Shown here in pieces: positions 17,533-20,000 of a DNA stretch of 20,000 nt. Under the pieces are notes generated by a model that ran no database searches, was not told where the DNA came from, and was given only the letters and a program-made list of their open reading frames with translations. Each line of letters starts with the position of its first letter. Position 1 is the first letter of the stretch. The stretch lies in the IMG/VR virus record IMGVR_UViG_2585427945_000001. One strand, given 5' to 3'. Made by a program: the position numbers and the translations under genes. The stretch comes from an uncultured virus (IMG/VR IMGVR_UViG_2585427945_000001). Lineage: Duplodnaviria; Heunggongvirae; Uroviricota; Caudoviricetes.

Positions 17533-17678
17533 CAGCCACGCCCCTCGTCAGCCCACCGACGGCAGTACACGTCAGAGGCGTGCTGCGTGGTGTGCTCCTC
17601 GTGCGGGTACGACAGCCGTACGCACTGCTGATCAGTCTCCGGGTGTCTCGCAGGGCACTGCGTGAGAACACCATCCAT
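17532..17678 (-). CDS. 48-aa Cys/His (possible Zn-binding) mini-protein coupled to terS
   Basis: GGAGG lies upstream of ATG 17678, and the stop overlaps the terS start (TGATG). Contains C-x10-C-x6-H-x2-H. Confidence 0.55.
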   Translation of the reverse strand: MDGVLTQCPARHPETDQQCVRLSYPHEEHTTQHASDVYCRRWADEGRG

Positions 17679-17722
17679 CAGGCCTCCCAGGTAGGAACGA
17701 CGAACGCCGCCCATGTCGGGAG

Positions 17723-18316
17723 CTACGCCGTCAGCTTGGTCACCACCGCGGAAAGGTCCGCGAGGATCGACGGGCAGGAGCCATGTCGGCGGCCCGTCAT
17801 TGCGATGTACCGGCCGGTCCCGTAGATCTCCACGGCCGTGCCGTCGGGGCGTCGGATGCGGCGTCCCTGTCGGACGTTCGCGCGGCCCCAGATGTGCAGT
17901 CCGTCGCCGGACGGGGACACCTCTACGTAGGTGGCGCCCGCGTCACGTACGACGGCTGCGGCCCACGGCGCCAGGCGGCCCGTGAGCGGGTTCAAGCAGT
18001 GGTCCAGGTCGATGCAGATGATGTCGTCAACGTCCGAGAGGACGAAGCCCAGACCGACGCCGGCCGACGAAGCGGCGGCATCCTTGTAGCTGCTCCACGT
18101 CCGCGGGTCGGTGCTGGACGCCGGCATGTCGCCTGTCGTCAGCGGGACCTTCGTCGCGGATCGTCGGACCCATCTGTCGCAAGTCGTCAGTTCGAGGGGC
18201 AGTGAAGTCTTGCTGGCGCGCGAAAGCGCCTTGCGGCACCGGGGCGAACAAGTGCGCGCGTGGGACCGTGCCGTGATCGGCATCGGCTCGGGGCACATGG
18301 CGCAGGTGCGGTTCAT
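17723..18316 (-). CDS. Stand-alone AEP-family primase/polymerase domain with N-terminal Zn finger
   Basis: CAMC...CSPRC N-terminus, then STDPRTW, GLGFVL, CIDLDHC (DxD), EVSPSGDGLHIW (SxSGxGxH) and EIYGTGRYIAMTG. Start placed at ATG 18316 from the promoter position. Confidence 0.82.
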   Translation of the reverse strand: MNRTCAMCPEPMPITARSHARTCSPRCRKALSRASKTSLPLELTTCDRWVRRSATKVPLTTGDMPASSTDPRTWSSYKDAAASSAGVGLGFVLSDVDDIICIDLDHCLNPLTGRLAPWAAAVVRDAGATYVEVSPSGDGLHIWGRANVRQGRRIRRPDGTAVEIYGTGRYIAMTGRRHGSCPSILADLSAVVTKLTA

Positions 18317-18322
18317 GGCTCC

Positions 18323-18351
18323 ATCATATTGGGGGCGTGTCACACTTTCAA
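18323..18351 (-). promoter_or_regulatory. Housekeeping-sigma promoter for a leaderless primase transcript
   Basis: TTGAAA (18351-18346), 17-nt spacer, TATGAT (18328-18323), 6 nt, then ATG. Confidence 0.7.
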
Positions 18352-18403
18352 GCCTCTCACCTGCGGCGATACATCGAAGAGCAAAGGCCGCGCGTCACAC
18401 TTT
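18335..18403. repeat. 14-bp direct repeat pair (candidate operator)
   Basis: gcgtgtcacacttt (18335-18348) and gcgcgtcacacttt (18390-18403), 13/14 identical and 55 bp apart. Confidence 0.7.
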
Positions 18404-18489
18404 GCGCCTCCCTCCCCGCTGAGAGGCCCCCAGAAGGCCCTGTGTGGGCGCCTGACAGCCTGCCAGCCGGCTCGGTTCAGTGGCTCGAT

Positions 18490-18626
18490 TCTCAAGCTGG
18501 AGACCCGTACTCGGGGGGCGAACCAGCACTCTCTCGGTGCTCACAGGAATGATCAAGGGATCACCCCCTGGGTGATCTTGCTCAAACGATCTTGCTAGAT
18601 GATCTTGGCAGTGAACCCGATCTTGG
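18490..18626. other. Candidate cos/packaging-initiation region
   Basis: Mostly non-coding gap between the HNH genes and terS. Hairpins at 18525-18541 and 18559-18577, plus GATCTTG repeats. The assignment rests on synteny. Confidence 0.4.
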
Positions 18627-18852
18627 TCTCCCGATGATCACCGTCGGCATGCTCGCCCTTGATCGTTAGCCGGCCGGGGATCAAGGTCAGGGTAATCGTC
18701 GTCAGGTCGGAGCTGCTGCTCGTCCCGACGTGGATCTTGGGCGCCTTCGCGAGCCGGCCAACGTCGACACCGTTGACGATCACTCGCGTCACCTGGAGTC
18801 CGTCCTCGCCCGTGTCGTCGGCCTCCTCCAGGACCACATGGGAGCCAGTCAC
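18595..18852 (-). CDS. 85-aa hypothetical protein
   Basis: GTG at 18852 overlaps the HNH stop (GTGA) and is preceded by GGAGG. Predicted beta-rich sequence. Confidence 0.65.
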   Translation of the reverse strand: MTGSHVVLEEADDTGEDGLQVTRVIVNGVDVGRLAKAPKIHVGTSSSSDLTTITLTLIPGRLTIKGEHADGDHRETKIGFTAKII

Positions 18853-19328
18853 GCCGCCTCCATGCGGTTGCCCTTGCGCAGGTTGCATCGAAGGTGCGCA
18901 GTCATGACGTTGGCCATCGTGTGCGACCCACCTCTGCTCAGTGGTACTACGTGGTCAACGCTGGCACTCTCGGGGTCAGGCCACGCAGCAGCAGCGTCCA
19001 CGGGGCCGTTACATAGAGAGCACGTCCATGCGTCACGCACGAACACCTCGACGGCACGTACGGTCTCGCTCTCCACACCCATCTTGCGAGCCCTGCGCCG
19101 CTGATCCGCGGCCTTGGTCGCCTCCGGGTACAGCTCCCGCACACTCCCGTGCTCTGCCCAGTACGCCCGCAGGTAGGCCGCATGTCGGTCCTTGGTCCGC
19201 TGCCGATACGCCACCAGCCGGCCGTCTGCTGCCCGGCGCTTGTTGTACGCGCGCTGCTGGCACAGTTCGGTGCAGTACTTCGCTCGGGCACGGTCGTGGG
19301 GCGAACCGCAGTGCGCACAGAGCTTCAC
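18849..19328 (-). CDS. HNH endonuclease with N-terminal Zn finger
   Basis: CAHC...CTELC; VFVRDAWTCSLC...VDHVVPLSRGGSHTMANVMTAHLRCNLRKG; GGAG RBS. Confidence 0.9.
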   Translation of the reverse strand: MKLCAHCGSPHDRARAKYCTELCQQRAYNKRRAADGRLVAYRQRTKDRHAAYLRAYWAEHGSVRELYPEATKAADQRRRARKMGVESETVRAVEVFVRDAWTCSLCNGPVDAAAAWPDPESASVDHVVPLSRGGSHTMANVMTAHLRCNLRKGNRMEAA

Positions 19329-19408
19329 ATCTACTCCAAGGGATGGCGAAGGCCCCGACGCCTTGGAACGTCAGGGCCCTCTTCCCGCGGGGATCAACCG
19401 CGGGCGAC

Positions 19409-19708
19409 TCAGTCGCCCAGCGCGGGGTGCGTGGGCGGTTCTCGGTGCACGGACGGACGCGATCGAGCCGCGTTACCTTCCGCAGATGACTTGCGCTGGT
19501 GGTGCCAGGGACACAAGAGGCGTAGATTCGCCTCTCTGTGGTCATCTCCGGGCTCTATGTGGTCCACGTCGGTACCAGGTAGCTCGCACCGCCTGTCGTC
19601 GCTGTAGAGGGCCGTACAGCGCCCCTCGTCACGCCGGATGATGCGACGTCGGATGGCGGGCCAGTTCTTCGGCAGGCGGCTTCTGCGGGTACTTCCAGCC
19701 CAGCTCAT
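19409..19708 (-). CDS. Packaging-associated HNH endonuclease (HK97 gp74-like)
   Basis: 99 aa; W..IRRRIIRRD..RC...DVDHIEPGDDHREANLRLLCPWHHQRKS; GGAGG RBS; upstream of the terminase genes. Confidence 0.9.
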   Translation of the reverse strand: MSWAGSTRRSRLPKNWPAIRRRIIRRDEGRCTALYSDDRRCELPGTDVDHIEPGDDHREANLRLLCPWHHQRKSSAEGNAARSRPSVHREPPTHPALGD

Positions 19709-19748
19709 TCCGCCTCCATGCTCTGGTCGTTGGCCGTATGCTCACGGC

Positions 19749-20000
19749 ATGCTGAAGAAGTTCCTGGCCGCCCGCGGATACGGGGCGATAGACGATCTGG
19801 CCCGGCTCGCGTACAAGCGGGGCGACGCGATCTTCACGAACAAGTTCCATCCGCGTCCGACGAAGAACGACACCGACCTGGCGCTGGCCATCGCCGACGT
19901 CGAAGCAGTCGGCTGGGTACTGGTCAACCAGCAGGCAGAGGGTGAGGGGCTGACGCGCTTCGTCAGCCTGACGTTCCGCCGGCGCGAGGACGGCGTCTGA
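19749..20000 (+). CDS. 83-aa hypothetical protein on the opposite strand (weakly DUF4177-like)
   Basis: MLKKFLAARG...VEAVGWVLVNQ...LTFRR; codon usage fits a high-GC gene; TATGCT lies 6 nt upstream of the ATG. Confidence 0.6.
   Translation: MLKKFLAARGYGAIDDLARLAYKRGDAIFTNKFHPRPTKNDTDLALAIADVEAVGWVLVNQQAEGEGLTRFVSLTFRRREDGV

Noticed and set aside
19..19641. Many long plus-strand and alternative-frame ORFs in the track (e.g. 2287..3570, 6598..7794, 8237..9478, 15459..16481)
   Set aside because: They are shadow ORFs of high-GC coding DNA that overlap well-supported minus-strand phage genes and show no recognisable motifs.
1..20000. tRNA, rRNA, CRISPR, integrase or transposase
   Set aside because: None was recognisable by eye. 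Whether this is a prophage or a free phage cannot be decided from this window.

Overview
High-GC window covering the packaging, head and tail module of an actinobacterial (Streptomyces-type) siphophage or prophage, encoded almost entirely on the minus strand. Read from right to left it contains: two HNH endonucleases, a hypothetical gene, a candidate cos/packaging region, a stand-alone Zn-finger AEP primase, terS, terL, portal, a MuF-like protein, scaffold, head decoration protein, a lambda-gpE-like major capsid protein, a small Ig-like protein, head-tail joining genes, major tail protein, frameshifted tail assembly chaperones, a tape measure protein with M23 and SLT domains, an acidic mini-protein, and a Dit-like tail protein with three carbohydrate-binding-module repeats that runs off the left edge. 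The most striking feature is a near-identical 31-nt cassette at the ends of both the major capsid and major tail genes. It looks like a -1 frameshift signal that appends a single Ig beta-strand to each protein. A separate 87-aa gene encodes a circularly permuted Big_2-like Ig domain that lacks this strand at its N-terminus and carries a homologous strand at its C-terminus. Together these suggest donor-strand-complemented Ig polymers anchored on both head and tail. All family assignments come from motif recognition and synteny; no database searches were run.
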